A stretch of DNA of 64,000 nt from an uncultured Alphaproteobacteria bacterium (GCA_963722515.1 CAVRMA010000003.1:186635-250634), one strand, 5' to 3'; counted from the first letter of the stretch, positions 42,575 to 53,286 are shown. A program made the numbers and translations. The notes: generated by a model from the sequence alone, not told the origin.

Positions 42575-43942
42575 TTATCGATGATTGATGGGACGGCGAA
42601 GAGGCCCAAAACGGTGGATATCTGTTGCTGCTGGCACGCTGATGAAGCTCACCACCGACGTTGGAAGGAAGCCCGACGCGCACGCATGGCCGAGCCCGGT
42701 GCCCGTGGTCCGCGGCACGATCGCCGGGTTCAGCATCATGGTGAGGTCGACCACCGCGACTTGGGTCGCTCCGCCGTTCCCGAGCAGTGCGAAGGCGTCT
42801 TTAGCACCGTTCGGGCTCTGATACGCCGTCACCGTGTGCGGATCAAAGCCCTGCGAGAAGGTCGCCGAGACGGCGCATGATACCCAGTCGGTGATCGCGG
42901 GAGTGCCGCTGCCGGACGCCGCGGGCAGCGCGATCGCGGTGATTTGATTTCCGCCGAATTCCCCCGTCACGATACCGGTATGGGTTCCCTGGGCCACCGC
43001 GAGACCGCAAGCTCCCGCCGTTAGGAACGACTCCGTCAGAGTTTGAACCTGCGATGGTGCTGTCCATGTGCCACTGGGCGAGCCGGCCGTGAACGTCGCC
43101 TGGGTCAAATCGGCGATGAACACCTGGGATGGTCCGGAAAATTCGCCCGGCGCCAGGGCGATCCCTGTGGTGCAGTCCTCGCCCGCGGAATCGCCCTCGC
43201 CAAAACCCGAGTTTGGGATTGTGTTTTCATAGAATTTCGGTGCCGTGGGGGTAGCGATGTTAACGATCTCGTAATTGTTGGCCTCGGTGGCCGACAACAG
43301 CAGGGTGCGGGTCGGATCGACCAGCGGGTCTTCCGAAATTAAATCCGGAACCGAAGCCGACTTGAAAGCCGTCCCGAAAGCCGGCGGGGATGTGGCGAGA
43401 TTCAGGATCTGGAACCCGGCCCCGCTGGCGGTGCTGAGCCCAATCACTGCTTGGTTGTGCACGGCGTCCATCACAACGCTGCAGTTGGTGCATGAACCGC
43501 CGGAGAAACTGGTCGTTCCGGACCCGCCGCTCGTGAGCGTGGTGCTGAGTGTCGTGCCCGTGAGCACATAAACGTCGGTGTTATTCGCGACGCACACCGT
43601 CTGGTTCGTTACTGGGTTCGAAGCGCAGGAATTCACCACATTCGGGGTCGAGATCGCCGTCGGCGTGATGCTGGTGCCCTCGATGTTGATGACCGAAAGG
43701 CCCGTTGCAGAACCATCCCAAGCGCCCTTGGGGATATACGCGATCACGTTCGTCCCCGTGATCGATGCCGATACGCCCAACGAACTCGACGGCAGGCAGG
43801 AACCCGGCGGCGGCGGCGGCGGCCCGCTACAGGGCTTAAGCCCGCAGTTCGGTGGCGAAGCTCCCTCGGCCAACCCGCCGCCCATCAACAAAGCGATGAA
43901 AAACACACTGCATACACTAATCGAACTGCTCATTTTTCTCAT
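42575..43942 (-). CDS. Secreted Ser/Thr/Gly/Cys-rich beta-strand protein of unknown function
   Basis: GAGGAG RBS, signal peptide, poly-Pro linker, repeated beta-strand segments; 3' end abuts IS110 remnant. Confidence 0.75.
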   Translation of the reverse strand: MRKMSSSISVCSVFFIALLMGGGLAEGASPPNCGLKPCSGPPPPPPGSCLPSSSLGVSASITGTNVIAYIPKGAWDGSATGLSVINIEGTSITPTAISTPNVVNSCASNPVTNQTVCVANNTDVYVLTGTTLSTTLTSGGSGTTSFSGGSCTNCSVVMDAVHNQAVIGLSTASGAGFQILNLATSPPAFGTAFKSASVPDLISEDPLVDPTRTLLLSATEANNYEIVNIATPTAPKFYENTIPNSGFGEGDSAGEDCTTGIALAPGEFSGPSQVFIADLTQATFTAGSPSGTWTAPSQVQTLTESFLTAGACGLAVAQGTHTGIVTGEFGGNQITAIALPAASGSGTPAITDWVSCAVSATFSQGFDPHTVTAYQSPNGAKDAFALLGNGGATQVAVVDLTMMLNPAIVPRTTGTGLGHACASGFLPTSVVSFISVPAATDIHRFGPLRRPINHR

Positions 43943-44146
43943 ATTCTCCTCCCTCAAAAAAGCCTGCAGTTCAGGTCCCCTGGGTGCGCCAAAAAAGGTC
44001 TGAACTTTGTATAAGAAAGCATGAATCGACGAGTGATTCAACCTCTAGGGAGTGGATTATGGGGGAGGGACTGTTGTCGATTGACGATATGTAATAGTCG
44101 TCAGTAATACAAAATCCCGGCGAGAGAAAGTCATACGCCTTGCCTC

Positions 44147-44189
44147 CGTCATAGCCGTCCCCGGATCAAGTCCGGGGACCGGCATGACG
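44147..44189. repeat. REP-like palindrome (possible terminator of the porin array)
   Basis: CGTCATAGCCG-TCCCCGGATCAAGTCCGGGGA-CCGGCATGACG. Confidence 0.75.
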
Positions 44190-44218
44190 CAAGAATTGTC
44201 TTTATTGAGTTCGGGACC

Positions 44219-45044
44219 CTAGTATTTGGCGACGACGGGTGCCGGAGCCCCATAGTCGAACTTGTAGTTCAGGCCAGCGCGAACGATGTTGCCGCTGTGC
44301 CGGATCTGGCCAGTCAGCGTGGAGGATTCTGGTGCGTACACATAGGCCGCGGTCGTCGACGTGTTGCCGAGGTCATAGTATAGGTACTCGACCTTCACCG
44401 ACCAATTCGACCAATTATCCGGCAAGGCATATTCGATGCCACCGCCGGCAGCCCAGCCGACGCTGACAGAGCTAGAGACGAAGTCTGCCAGGGGCGGGAG
44501 CCCTGCCGGGGCAACCACCGAGAAGGATGCAGTGGACTTGCCAAAGGCCAAACCGCCGGTGCCGTAGATCAAAAGACGCTCGATCGGCGTCCAACCAATT
44601 CGGCCGCGCAGCGTCCCGAGCCAATCGAGCCGCTGCTCGCTTCCCGTTGTAATGGGATCGAAACCAACGTTGGGTCCGAGCAAGACGTTTGAACTGCCGA
44701 GCCCGGTAGCGCCATCGACATCGAGCTCGAGACCCAGCACGAAGCTGTCGATCTGGTAGTTGTAGCCGGTCTGACCACCGCCAATAAAGCCGTCAGCGCC
44801 GTTGGCGCCCGTGGCGGGAATTGCGCCGGCGTCCGAACGCCGATCCGAGGCCGGCCCCATCCGTGTCGGTCCCGGTGAAGTCGAGGGTTGGACCGCCCCA
44901 ATGATAACCGGCATTGAGGCCGACGTAGAAGCCGGTCCAGGTGAACACCGGCGGCGGCGGCGGCGGGGCGCCAAGATCGGCTGCGAGGGCCGTACCAGCA
45001 AGCGCCATGGCGCCGGCCGATGCCAAGAGAATTCGGCGTAACAT
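44219..45044 (-). pseudogene. Omp25/RopB-like outer-membrane beta-barrel protein 1, frameshift near 44835
   Basis: AADL...FTWTGFYVGLNAGY in one frame; GGGQTGYNYQ, LRGRIG, VKVEYLY, VVAKY in another. Confidence 0.88.
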
Positions 45045-45207
45045 GACCTGTCTCCTCAAAGGACGTTAAGATTGCATTCAAGAAGGTTACGCGATTTGCG
45101 CCGGTCTTCAAGAAGTGTTGGGCTGCGCACCGCGTTATCCGGCGCACCGTGGCAAAACCGCAACGGAAAGCTGGCGGAACCGCCATATTGCTTCTCGCGA
45201 GAGCACG

Positions 45208-45234
45208 AAAAACCCGGCCGCGAGGGCCGGGTTT
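45208..45234 (-). terminator. Intrinsic terminator after porin 2
   Basis: AAAAACCCGGCCGCGAGGGCCGGGTTT. Confidence 0.8.
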
Positions 45235-45278
45235 AGTTTTGTCGTGCGGGAGAAAAGCGGGAGCCGGAAACAGCCGAA

Positions 45279-46016
45279 TTAATATTTGGCGACGACCGGG
45301 ACCGGAGCAAACGGAGTGAATCTGTAGCTGATGCCCGCTTGAACCTGGCTTTCGGTCAGATGATGTGTGAAGGACACGTTGCCGAGGGTGAGCGTGGGGA
45401 AGGGGAAGTCCGGGCTACGGCCGAAATCGGAGTAGCGGTACTCGGCCCGGAGCGACCAGTTGTCGGTGATGGCATATTCGACGCCGCCGCCGACTGTCCA
45501 GCCGGAGCGGGTCTTCGAATCAGTCTCAGCCAGGGCAGGAAAGACGTTAATGTAACCATCCGTGTTGCCGGCGAAGGCGGCGCCGCCAGTGCCGTAAATC
45601 AGCCAGCGGTTCCAGGCGATGCCGACGCGGGCGCGGATCGAACCCTGCACCTCCGAGCGGGTGGTCATCGTAACCCCCGTCGCCGCTGCGGCCGTCCCCT
45701 CGATGCTGGTGCCGTCGACCGTACCTTCGATGCCCGCGACCCATTGGCCAAACTGCAGATTGTAGCCGAGATGGGCGCCGCCGATCACCCCGCTCGGGTT
45801 AGCGTTGAAAAAGCCCTCGTCGCCAAAAAGTGTATCCACCGCGTCGATGGGATCGCTGCCCCAGGCGTAGCCGACCTGGCCACCCATATAGAGGCCGGAC
45901 CAGGAGAAGATGGGCGGCGGCGGCAGATAGACCGGCGGCGGCCTAAGATCGGCCGCGAAGGCCGAACCGGAGATGGCTATGGCACCGACCGATGCCAGGA
46001 GGATTTGACGGCGCAT
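45279..46016 (-). CDS. Omp25/RopB-like outer-membrane protein 2
   Basis: Signal peptide, FSWSGLYMGGQVGY, GSIRARVG, GWTVGGGVEYA, RAEYRY, VVAKY. Confidence 0.93.
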   Translation of the reverse strand: MRRQILLASVGAIAISGSAFAADLRPPPVYLPPPPIFSWSGLYMGGQVGYAWGSDPIDAVDTLFGDEGFFNANPSGVIGGAHLGYNLQFGQWVAGIEGTVDGTSIEGTAAAATGVTMTTRSEVQGSIRARVGIAWNRWLIYGTGGAAFAGNTDGYINVFPALAETDSKTRSGWTVGGGVEYAITDNWSLRAEYRYSDFGRSPDFPFPTLTLGNVSFTHHLTESQVQAGISYRFTPFAPVPVVAKY

Positions 46017-46171
46017 TGAGTTTTCTCCCTCGAAAAATGAACTTCTGAACAATTACGCCGTTGTGGCGCGCCCGCAACCATTATTGGCGCATGCGCGGCG
46101 TTATTCCGGTAACTGTGGCGGGAATGCCACGGATGGCCGTCGAGCGGGATTAAGGACCGTAAAGCCGCACG

Positions 46172-46198
46172 AAAAACCCGGCCGCGAGGCCGGGTTTT
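46172..46198 (-). terminator. Intrinsic terminator after porin 3
   Basis: AAAAACCCGGCCGCGAGGCCGGGTTTT. Confidence 0.85.
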
Positions 46199-46225
46199 GT
46201 TGGCGTGGAAGCGGGAGCGAGAGGC

Positions 46226-47021
46226 TTAATATTTCGAGACGATCGGGGGGGGAGCATACAGGTCGAATTTGTAGTCGAAGCCAACCTGCACTTGGTTTTG
46301 GTTGATTTGCCGGTTCCCGTTGAAGAATACGCCAGCGGGCAGCGCTCCAAAACTGTTTTCGTTTATGCTGCCCCAATTCGTATAGCGGTATTCAGCAAAA
46401 ATCGACCAATTGTTGGTGACGGCATATTGGAGGCCGCCGCCAACCGTCCAGCCGACGCGGGTGGTCGAAACGTTGTCAGAGCCGAAGATCCCAAATCCGG
46501 GGTTTGAAATCGACACGTTGGTGTTGAAATCCGCCGAAGGCAACGCCGCCGGTCGCGTAGATCAGGGCGCGGTCCCAAGCGACGCCGAGCTTGCCGCGAA
46601 TCGATCCCTGAATATCGGCGGTCGAGTGCGCCGACAAATTCGTGCCGTCGGGGAAGAACGCCTCAACGGTATTGCTCAGGCTGGTGCCATTGACGTCACC
46701 TTCGAGGCCTAAGACCCACTGGTTGATCTGGTAGTTGTAACCGACGTTGCCGCCGCCGATCACCCCGCTCGGCGTGCCGCCGACCGAGGTTGAGAGAAAG
46801 GTGCCCGTACCAAAAAACGGATCAAATCCGTTGAAGTTATTATTGCCGCTGGCCCAGGCGTAACCGATCTGGCCGCCGATATAGATACCGGTCCAGGTGA
46901 AGATCGGCGGCGGCGGCAGATAAACCGGCGGCGGCGCGCGGGAAGGAAGATCGGCCGCGAACGCCGCCGATCCGGTGAGAGCGATGGCACCAACCGATGC
47001 CAGGAGAATCTTACCGTACAT
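46226..47021 (-). pseudogene. Omp25/RopB-like outer-membrane protein 3, frameshift near 46530
   Basis: ORFs 46476..47021 and 46226..46543 join at GVAFG-FNTN. Confidence 0.88.
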
Positions 47022-47176
47022 GGGGTTTTGTCCTTTGCAGAGATTGCATTTGAGAAAACTACACCGTTAGGGCGCGCCTTCAAGCATTCTAAACTCCTAT
47101 GCCACGTTATTGCGGTAACTGTGGCGGAAATGCAACGAAGCCCATCGAGCGGGATTAAAGTCGGTAAAGCCGCTCG

Positions 47177-47203
47177 AAAAACCCGGCCGCGAGGCCGGGT
47201 TTT
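47177..47203 (-). terminator. Intrinsic terminator after porin 4
   Basis: AAAAACCCGGCCGCGAGGCCGGGTTTT. Confidence 0.85.
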
Positions 47204-47231
47204 GCCTTGCGAGGAAGCGGGAGCAAGAGGC

Positions 47232-48059
47232 TTAATATTTGGCGACGATCGGAGGCGGAGTGTACCAGTCGAACTTGTAGTTTAACCGGGCCTGCACCTG
47301 GTTTTCCTCCAGGCGACGCTGCCCGCTGAAAAAACCGCCGTCGGACAGCGTAGCCTCCCCATTGATAGTGCCGAAATCGGTAAAGCGGTATTCGGCCCCG
47401 ATCGACCAATTGGGGGTGAGGGCATATTCGATTCCGCCGCCAACCGTCCAGCCGGTGCGGGAGTTCGAACGGCTGGTTTGCCCGAAGAAGGACACGCCTG
47501 CCGCGTCGACGCCGTTAAGCTCGAAGTTGGTGTTGATGCCGCCGAAGGCGACGCCGCCGGTGGCGTAGACCAGGACGCGGTCCCAGGCAATGCCGAGGCG
47601 GCCGCGAATCGAACCCTGGATGTCGGCGCTCGAATTCGCTGTCAGAGTGCCGCTGCCCCCAAAGGCACCAGGCAAGTCGACCACGGTGGTCTTGCTTAGG
47701 CTGCTCCCGTCGACCGATCCTTCGAGACCGATGACTACGCCTGACGACGAAAACCAATTCCAGGTGGGGATTTGATAATCGAAGCCGAGATGGCCGCCAC
47801 CGATCACCCCGCTCGGCGAACCGCCGATCGAGTTATCGACAGAGGTGCCCGTCACTGCGTCAAATGCAGTGAAGTTACTGCTGCCGCTGCCCCAGGCGCC
47901 GCCGATCTGGACGCCGAGATAGATGCCCGTCCAGGTGAAGACCGGCGGCGGCGGAAGATAGACCGGCGGCGGCGCGCGGGAAGGAAGATCGGCCGCCAGC
48001 GCCGCCGATCCGGTGAGAGCAATGGCACCAACCGATGCCAGGAGCATTTTGCGATACAT
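47232..48059 (-). CDS. Omp25/RopB-like outer-membrane protein 4
   Basis: AADLPSR, FTWTG, GSIRGRLG, GWTVGGGIEYA, IVAKY. Confidence 0.93.
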   Translation of the reverse strand: MYRKMLLASVGAIALTGSAALAADLPSRAPPPVYLPPPPVFTWTGIYLGVQIGGAWGSGSSNFTAFDAVTGTSVDNSIGGSPSGVIGGGHLGFDYQIPTWNWFSSSGVVIGLEGSVDGSSLSKTTVVDLPGAFGGSGTLTANSSADIQGSIRGRLGIAWDRVLVYATGGVAFGGINTNFELNGVDAAGVSFFGQTSRSNSRTGWTVGGGIEYALTPNWSIGAEYRFTDFGTINGEATLSDGGFFSGQRRLEENQVQARLNYKFDWYTPPPIVAKY

Positions 48060-48258
48060 AGTCGTTGTCCTTTCCGGAAGTAGACTGAAGTAGACGGATG
48101 GCTAAAGATACCCGAATTCGCTGACCACTTGATAAGAAAACCGCCTTGCAAATGCCAAATATCAGGCCCCGTGACTTATCCGCAACAGATAGCGCATTTG
48201 CCATAATCCTGGCCCGGTTCTTGCGGCGTGCCGGGATCATTCGCACGCCGCGGCAAAC

Positions 48259-48966
48259 TCAGTACCGCACGTCCGGATTCCACCGAACGAGTTCGAATTT
48301 GTAGCTGAAGCCCGCGCGAACGGCGTTTTCGGTCTCGTGATGATTGACGAAGGATCCGGGGCCGAATGTGTTTGGCGTGGGGTCGGCGATGTGGCCAAAA
48401 TCCGCGAAGCGGTATTCGGCCCGGACCGACCAATTGCCGGTGACAGCATATTCGATGCCGCCGCCGACGGTCCAGCCGGCCTGGGTGTGAGACCCCTGAT
48501 CGAAAGCGCCGGCCGCACTATAGCTCGTGTCGATGCCGGCGAATTCGGCGCCACCCGTCACGTAGAGAAGTGCCCGGTCGAATGCGACGCCGAGACGGCC
48601 GCGAATCGATCCCTGCACGGGGATGTTCGTATTGTAGAGCACGCCGCCCGGGCTGAAGGACCTGCTGATGCCGGTTCCCTCGACATCGCCTTCAAGCCCG
48701 GCGACGACTTGGTTCAATTGCAGATTATAGCCGATATGGGCGCCGCCAACGACGCCGTTCGGGGTAAAGTCGGTGCCGAAGCCGAACGGAAAGACGGTCA
48801 GGGTGTCGGTGCCCCAGGCATAGCCGATCTGGCCGCCGAGGTAGAGGCCGGTCCAGGTAAAGAGTGGAACAGCAGGGGTGTACACCGGCGGCGGCGCCAG
48901 GTCGGCCGCGAGGGCCGGCGCGGCGGCGGCCAGCGCTACCGCCGGCAAGAGAAATTTGCAAATCAT
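48259..48966 (-). CDS. Omp25/RopB-like outer-membrane protein 5
   Basis: AADL, FTWTGLYLGGQIGY, GSIRGRLG, RAEYRF. Confidence 0.93.
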   Translation of the reverse strand: MICKFLLPAVALAAAAPALAADLAPPPVYTPAVPLFTWTGLYLGGQIGYAWGTDTLTVFPFGFGTDFTPNGVVGGAHIGYNLQLNQVVAGLEGDVEGTGISRSFSPGGVLYNTNIPVQGSIRGRLGVAFDRALLYVTGGAEFAGIDTSYSAAGAFDQGSHTQAGWTVGGGIEYAVTGNWSVRAEYRFADFGHIADPTPNTFGPGSFVNHHETENAVRAGFSYKFELVRWNPDVRY

Positions 48967-49378
48967 GGCTTGGTCCCTTTCAGAAGTTCCCTATTCCAGC
49001 GAAACAATGCAACCTCGCGAAGCAAGCAACGTGAATCTGGCCGAAATTGGGAAGCTCTGCATGTATAAGTTGGTTTATAATAGATTTGCAACTTTATATT
49101 AAGCTTATCGCGGCGCGGGTTTATCGGATAATAAGTAATTTACTTTTTACTAACATGAATATATAGTTAACGTGCATGAAACGATATGTAAAAATGTACT
49201 TAATAATTTATGCACCAAGTAAGCCGCCGGCGGAGGGGGCCGGAAGGCGTTCGCGTCCTTCCTTTGCGCCCTTCCCTGGCCGGCCCTCGCAGGGTTAGCG
49301 CGGTTGATCTTTAACGGCCAATCTGCGCAAATGGGTCGAGATGCGGCTGCGCCGCGCAAACTCCAGGAAGTTTAAATC

Positions 49379-50254
49379 ATGGCCGTTGCCTGCACCGAAG
49401 GGCTCGATACCGGCTTTGTCGCTCTCGGCTACGCGAAAGTCGGTTTTCTCGGCGTCGTTCAAGGCATTACCGAACTCTTGCCGATTTCCTCCACGGCGCA
49501 TATGCGGATCGTCCCGGCTTTCCTCGGCTGGCAGGATCCGGGATCGGCGTTTTCGGCCGCGATGCAGGTCGCGGCGCTCGCCGCCGTTGTCAGCTATTTT
49601 TGGGCCGATGTGCGCGGCATCGGGTTGGGTTCGCTCCGCGCCATGCGCCACCGCGATTTCCAGAACTGGAATTTCCGTTTCACCGTATGGATCGTTCTCG
49701 CCACGCTCCCGATCGTCGCCGCCGGACTATTGTTGTCGCCCGTCCTCAATGCCTGTCATTCGCCGTTGCGCAGCCTCACCGTCATCGCAATCGCCTGCGT
49801 CGTCATGTCCGGGCTTCTGGCTCTCGCCGAAATCTATTCCAGGCATAAACGGACGCTCGATCACGCGACGCTGAAAGACGCGATGATCATTGGGCTTGCG
49901 CAGATCGGGGCGCTCATTCCCGGAGTTTCGCGTTCAGGCGCGACGCTGACCGCGGCCTTGTCCCTTGATTTCAAGCGCGCGGAAGCGGCACGCTTTTCGT
50001 TCCTGCTCGGCCTGCCGGCGATTGCTGCTGCCGGGTTGAAGGAAATGTGGGAACTGCACAAGGCGCATCTCGACGCGCACGGCTGGTCGATCCTGGGATT
50101 TGGCCTCTTGATCGCATCGATTTCGGCCTTTGCGGCGATTTGGGGCTTGTTGCGGATTCTCGAACGATTCTCGGCGTGGCCCTTTGTCGCCTACCGGGGC
50201 TTGATGGGTATTTTCTTGTTTGTCTGCGTTTACATCGGCTGGCTGCCGGATTGA
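49379..50254 (+). CDS. uppP: Undecaprenyl-diphosphate phosphatase
   Basis: QGITELLPISSTAH, PGVSRSG, ARFSFLL. Confidence 0.95.
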   Translation: MAVACTEGLDTGFVALGYAKVGFLGVVQGITELLPISSTAHMRIVPAFLGWQDPGSAFSAAMQVAALAAVVSYFWADVRGIGLGSLRAMRHRDFQNWNFRFTVWIVLATLPIVAAGLLLSPVLNACHSPLRSLTVIAIACVVMSGLLALAEIYSRHKRTLDHATLKDAMIIGLAQIGALIPGVSRSGATLTAALSLDFKRAEAARFSFLLGLPAIAAAGLKEMWELHKAHLDAHGWSILGFGLLIASISAFAAIWGLLRILERFSAWPFVAYRGLMGIFLFVCVYIGWLPD

Positions 50255-50665
50255 GCGAATGCATTTTCAAGCGATGCGGATGCCGGTTCGGGAATTTTGA
50301 GCCATGCGGTCGGACTTAATCTGAAGTCTGTTCCGGAACTTCATCATGGATTACAGATCTTTCTGAGCATGAGGCGGATGGAGGCGAGGCGGAGGAAGGC
50401 AAGCGCGTTGCGGGTCAGGTTTTCGAAATCCTTGGCCAGCCTTCGACACCGGTTGAGCCACGCGAAGGTGCGCTCGACAACCCATCGTTTGGGCAGGACA
50501 ACGAACTTGCTCAGCTCGGGCCGTTTGACGATTTCGATTTCCCATTCACGGCTGATCGCCGCCACGGCAGCGGCCATTTTGGGGCCTTGATAGCCGCAAT
50601 CGGCGATGATCTTGGTGATGCAGGGAAACCGTGGATGCAGGTCTTGCAACACCAATGGCCCACCT

Positions 50666-50683
50666 CCTGAGCTCGTCGAAGGG
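50666..50683 (-). repeat. Family A micro-insertion in IS5 transposase
   Basis: CCCTTCGACGAGCTCAGG disrupts ADIQDRDGG, which is intact in the paralog at about 34440-34466. Confidence 0.85.
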
Positions 50684-51034
50684 GCGATCCTGAATGTCGG
50701 CGGGATGAACCACGGCTTCAAGATTTCAGACCGAGCGCATCGACCGCGATATGGCGCTTCTTGCCGTTGATTTTCTTGCCCGCATCATAGCCGTGCGGAT
50801 CGATCCACGCCCCCCTTTTTCCGCGCTTTTCACGCTTTGACTATCGATGATGGCAACGGTTGGACTGGCGGCGCGGCCAGCCTGTTCTCGACACAGGACG
50901 TAGAGCTTATGATGAAGGCGCAACAGCGTGCCATGATAGTTCCAAAGATCGAAATACCTGAAAACAGTGCTTTTCGACGGCAGGTCTTTCGACGGGTAGC
51001 GCCACCGGCAACCCGTGCTCAGAATATACATGAC

Positions 51035-51067
51035 CCACCGCAATCTTTGCTTGCAAAGCTTGCTTCG
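51035..51067 (-). repeat. 33-nt in-frame hairpin insertion (family B) in IS5 transposase
   Basis: VNG[RSKLCKQRLRW]VMY; first 30 nt identical to 34058-34087. Confidence 0.8.
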
Positions 51068-51310
51068 CCCATTGACCACTTCGCGCATGTCCATGCGGCG
51101 TTTGCCGCCACCGCGCTTCGCCGGAGGTATCAGCGGCTCCATCAGCCCCCATTCCTCGGCCGTCAAATCGCTCGGGTATCTCTGCTGGCTCCGGTCATAA
51201 CGGCCGCGGTTTTCTTTCGTCCACATCGGTGACCCTCCTCGAATCAGGCCACCTTGCCTTGAAATCGCAAATGACTCTCTTGATTTAAGAAGTTTCAGAA
51301 CAGACACTAA

Positions 51311-52490
51311 GGAACCTCTGAACAAGCTGCTTCTTCATGCCAATGCCGTTGGCATGAAGGGATTTTCCGGCTGCGCGTGCCTTTTGCCGGGAGCGTTATG
51401 GGTTATTTTTCTGCGGTTTTTTCCGGTTCAGGCGCAGTGATCCTGTCTGCATCTATCCTGTCTGCATCAGCAGGTGCCTGGCCTGATAGATGTTGGTCAG
51501 CGCGAACAGGGTGAAGAGGTGCTGTTCGTTTTTGAACAGGCCGCGAAAGCGAACCTTGCGATAGCCGGACTGGCATTTCAAAACCCGGAAGGGATGTTCG
51601 GCCGCGGCGCGGATGCTGGCGAGCATCCGGTTGATGCGTTTTTCTTCATCGGTGACCTCTTGTCCTTTTGCGCGCTTGAACGGAACGTACCAGCGGGGAG
51701 ACGCCGCTTCTTCATCGCGCGGCGCGCCGGCTGTGCGGGTTTTGCCGTGATAGCCGCGATCGCCGTGCGCCGTTTCCTCGTCGCCGTGCAGCAACGTATC
51801 GCCCATCGCGCAGTCCGATATTTTCCCGGCCGTGCCTTCCACCGTGTGGACAAGCCCATGCGCCGTGTCCGCGCCGGTATGCGCCTTCATGCCGAAGCGC
51901 CAGTCGTTGTCTATCTTGCTCGACGTCATGTCCTTGTCCGGTTTACGATCCTGGTTCTTCGTCGAGGGCGGAGCAGCAATCAGCGTGGCATCCACAATCG
52001 TGCCCTGGCGCAAAATGAGGCCGCGCTCCGTCAGCAGCGATACCACCTCTCCAAACAACGCCTCGGCCAGCTGGTGTTCTTCCAGCAATTGACGGAAGTT
52101 CAAAATCGCCGTCTCGCCGGGCATGCCGGTAACCCCGGTATCCAGTCCCGCAATCTTCCGCACAGCGGTGTTTCATGCAAGGCATCTTGCATGGCCGGAT
52201 CCGAATACAGGAACCATCGCAGCATCACACGGATCCGCAGAATCGCCGCCAATGGATAAGGCCGCCGCCCGTTTCCGGCCACCGGATACACCGGCGCAAT
52301 CCGCGCCTCCAGCCGCTTCCACGGCATCACGCGCTCCATCTCCTCCAGAAACCTCTTTTGGCCCGCGTCACTTTTTCCTGACGCCGGAAACCGCGAACTT
52401 CCGCAAAACTTCTCCGCTGCATCTCATCCTCCGTTGTTCAAAGAGAATTATGCCGCCATGGGCGATGCAAGGGATTTGTTCAGGGGTTCC
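51311..52490 (-). mobile_element. IS5-family (IS5 group) element with frameshifted transposase
   Basis: IRs GGAACCTCTGAACAA / TTGTTCAGGGGTTCC, TAA duplication; GTIVDATLI, FGMKAH, GDRGY, EHPFRVLK. Confidence 0.9.
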
Positions 52491-52662
52491 TAAGCTTTTG
52501 CTGCGCTGGTTGCAGCGATGCCAGCGCTTGACCGGATCGAACGGTCTGCCTCCGTTGAAACCGGCAAGACGAGCCCGTTCGCCCGCGAGATCGCTGCTTT
52601 CCGCCTTGATCGCGACAAAGTCGAAGACCAACTTACGTTTTCGGCGCGGGCTGATTCCTGCT

Positions 52663-53220
52663 TCAGGGAAACATGGCGAAATCCGGCATTTTGAGTCCCG
52701 GTATTTTCTGAACAGGTCCGGCATCGCGCGATAATGTCGCAGCTTTGCGCAATCCCATCAAGGGCAGCCTAAGAGCCATGGTCGAACCAGCAATGGTCGC
52801 TTCTGGTCCCTCCCGGCCGTCGCCGGTAGGTTCGTGCTCGCGAAGATACTGAAGTATGACGTCGTCCGTGATGTTGCCGCTGGTGGTGGAGAAGTAGCCG
52901 CGCGCCCAGAAATGTCGCCCCCAGTAGCGCTTGCGCAAGTCCGGAAACTCCATCTGCACGCGATGCGATGAGCGTCCCTTGACGCGCCGTACGAAGTCGC
53001 TGACCGCGATATGGGGCGGGATTTCCACGAACATATGGACATGTTCCCGCGACAACACGCCGGAGACGATCTGGACGCCCAGTTCTTTGCACGCCTGCCG
53101 GATAATTGTTCGTATCCGCTCCCGCACCGCGCCTTCCAGCACCTTGTAGCGATACTTCGTGATCCAGACGATGTGGTAGCGATGGTGAAAAACCGTGTGA
53201 CTCCCGCTTGTGTAGCTCAT
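52663..53220 (-). CDS. tnpA: IS200/IS605 TnpA (HUH, Y1) transposase; native stop near 52810 apparently lost
   Basis: YHIVWITKYR, HVH, KGRSS, FWARGYF, QYL; left-end hairpin CCCGTCTGAAGACGGG near 53311-53326. Confidence 0.92.
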   Translation of the reverse strand: MSYTSGSHTVFHHRYHIVWITKYRYKVLEGAVRERIRTIIRQACKELGVQIVSGVLSREHVHMFVEIPPHIAVSDFVRRVKGRSSHRVQMEFPDLRKRYWGRHFWARGYFSTTSGNITDDVILQYLREHEPTGDGREGPEATIAGSTMALRLPLMGLRKAATLSRDAGPVQKIPGLKMPDFAMFP

Positions 53221-53286
53221 AGACTCAACTCCTTAAAATGGGCGTTTCCCCCACGCGGGGCGCCCATTTTAAGGAGTCAGTCTATG
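53218..53286 (-). promoter_or_regulatory. Long hairpin sequestering the tnpA SD and start codon
   Basis: CATAGACT-CA-ACTCCTTAAAATGGGCG ... CGCCCATTTTAAGGAGT-C-AGTCTATG. Confidence 0.8.

Larger units (their letters stand above)
50324..51307 (-). mobile_element. IS5-family (IS1031-like) element, decayed; paralog of 33818-35719
   Basis: MWTKENR, YPSDL, IIDSQSVK, GYDAGKKINGKKRH, KRWVVERTFAW, ASIRLMLRKICNP; IRs GTCTGTTCCGGAACTT / AAGTTTCAGAACAGAC. Confidence 0.9.

Noticed and set aside
44219-48966. Diversity-generating retroelement or shufflon acting on the porins
   Set aside because: No RT, template/variable repeat pair, invertase or inverted crossover sites seen
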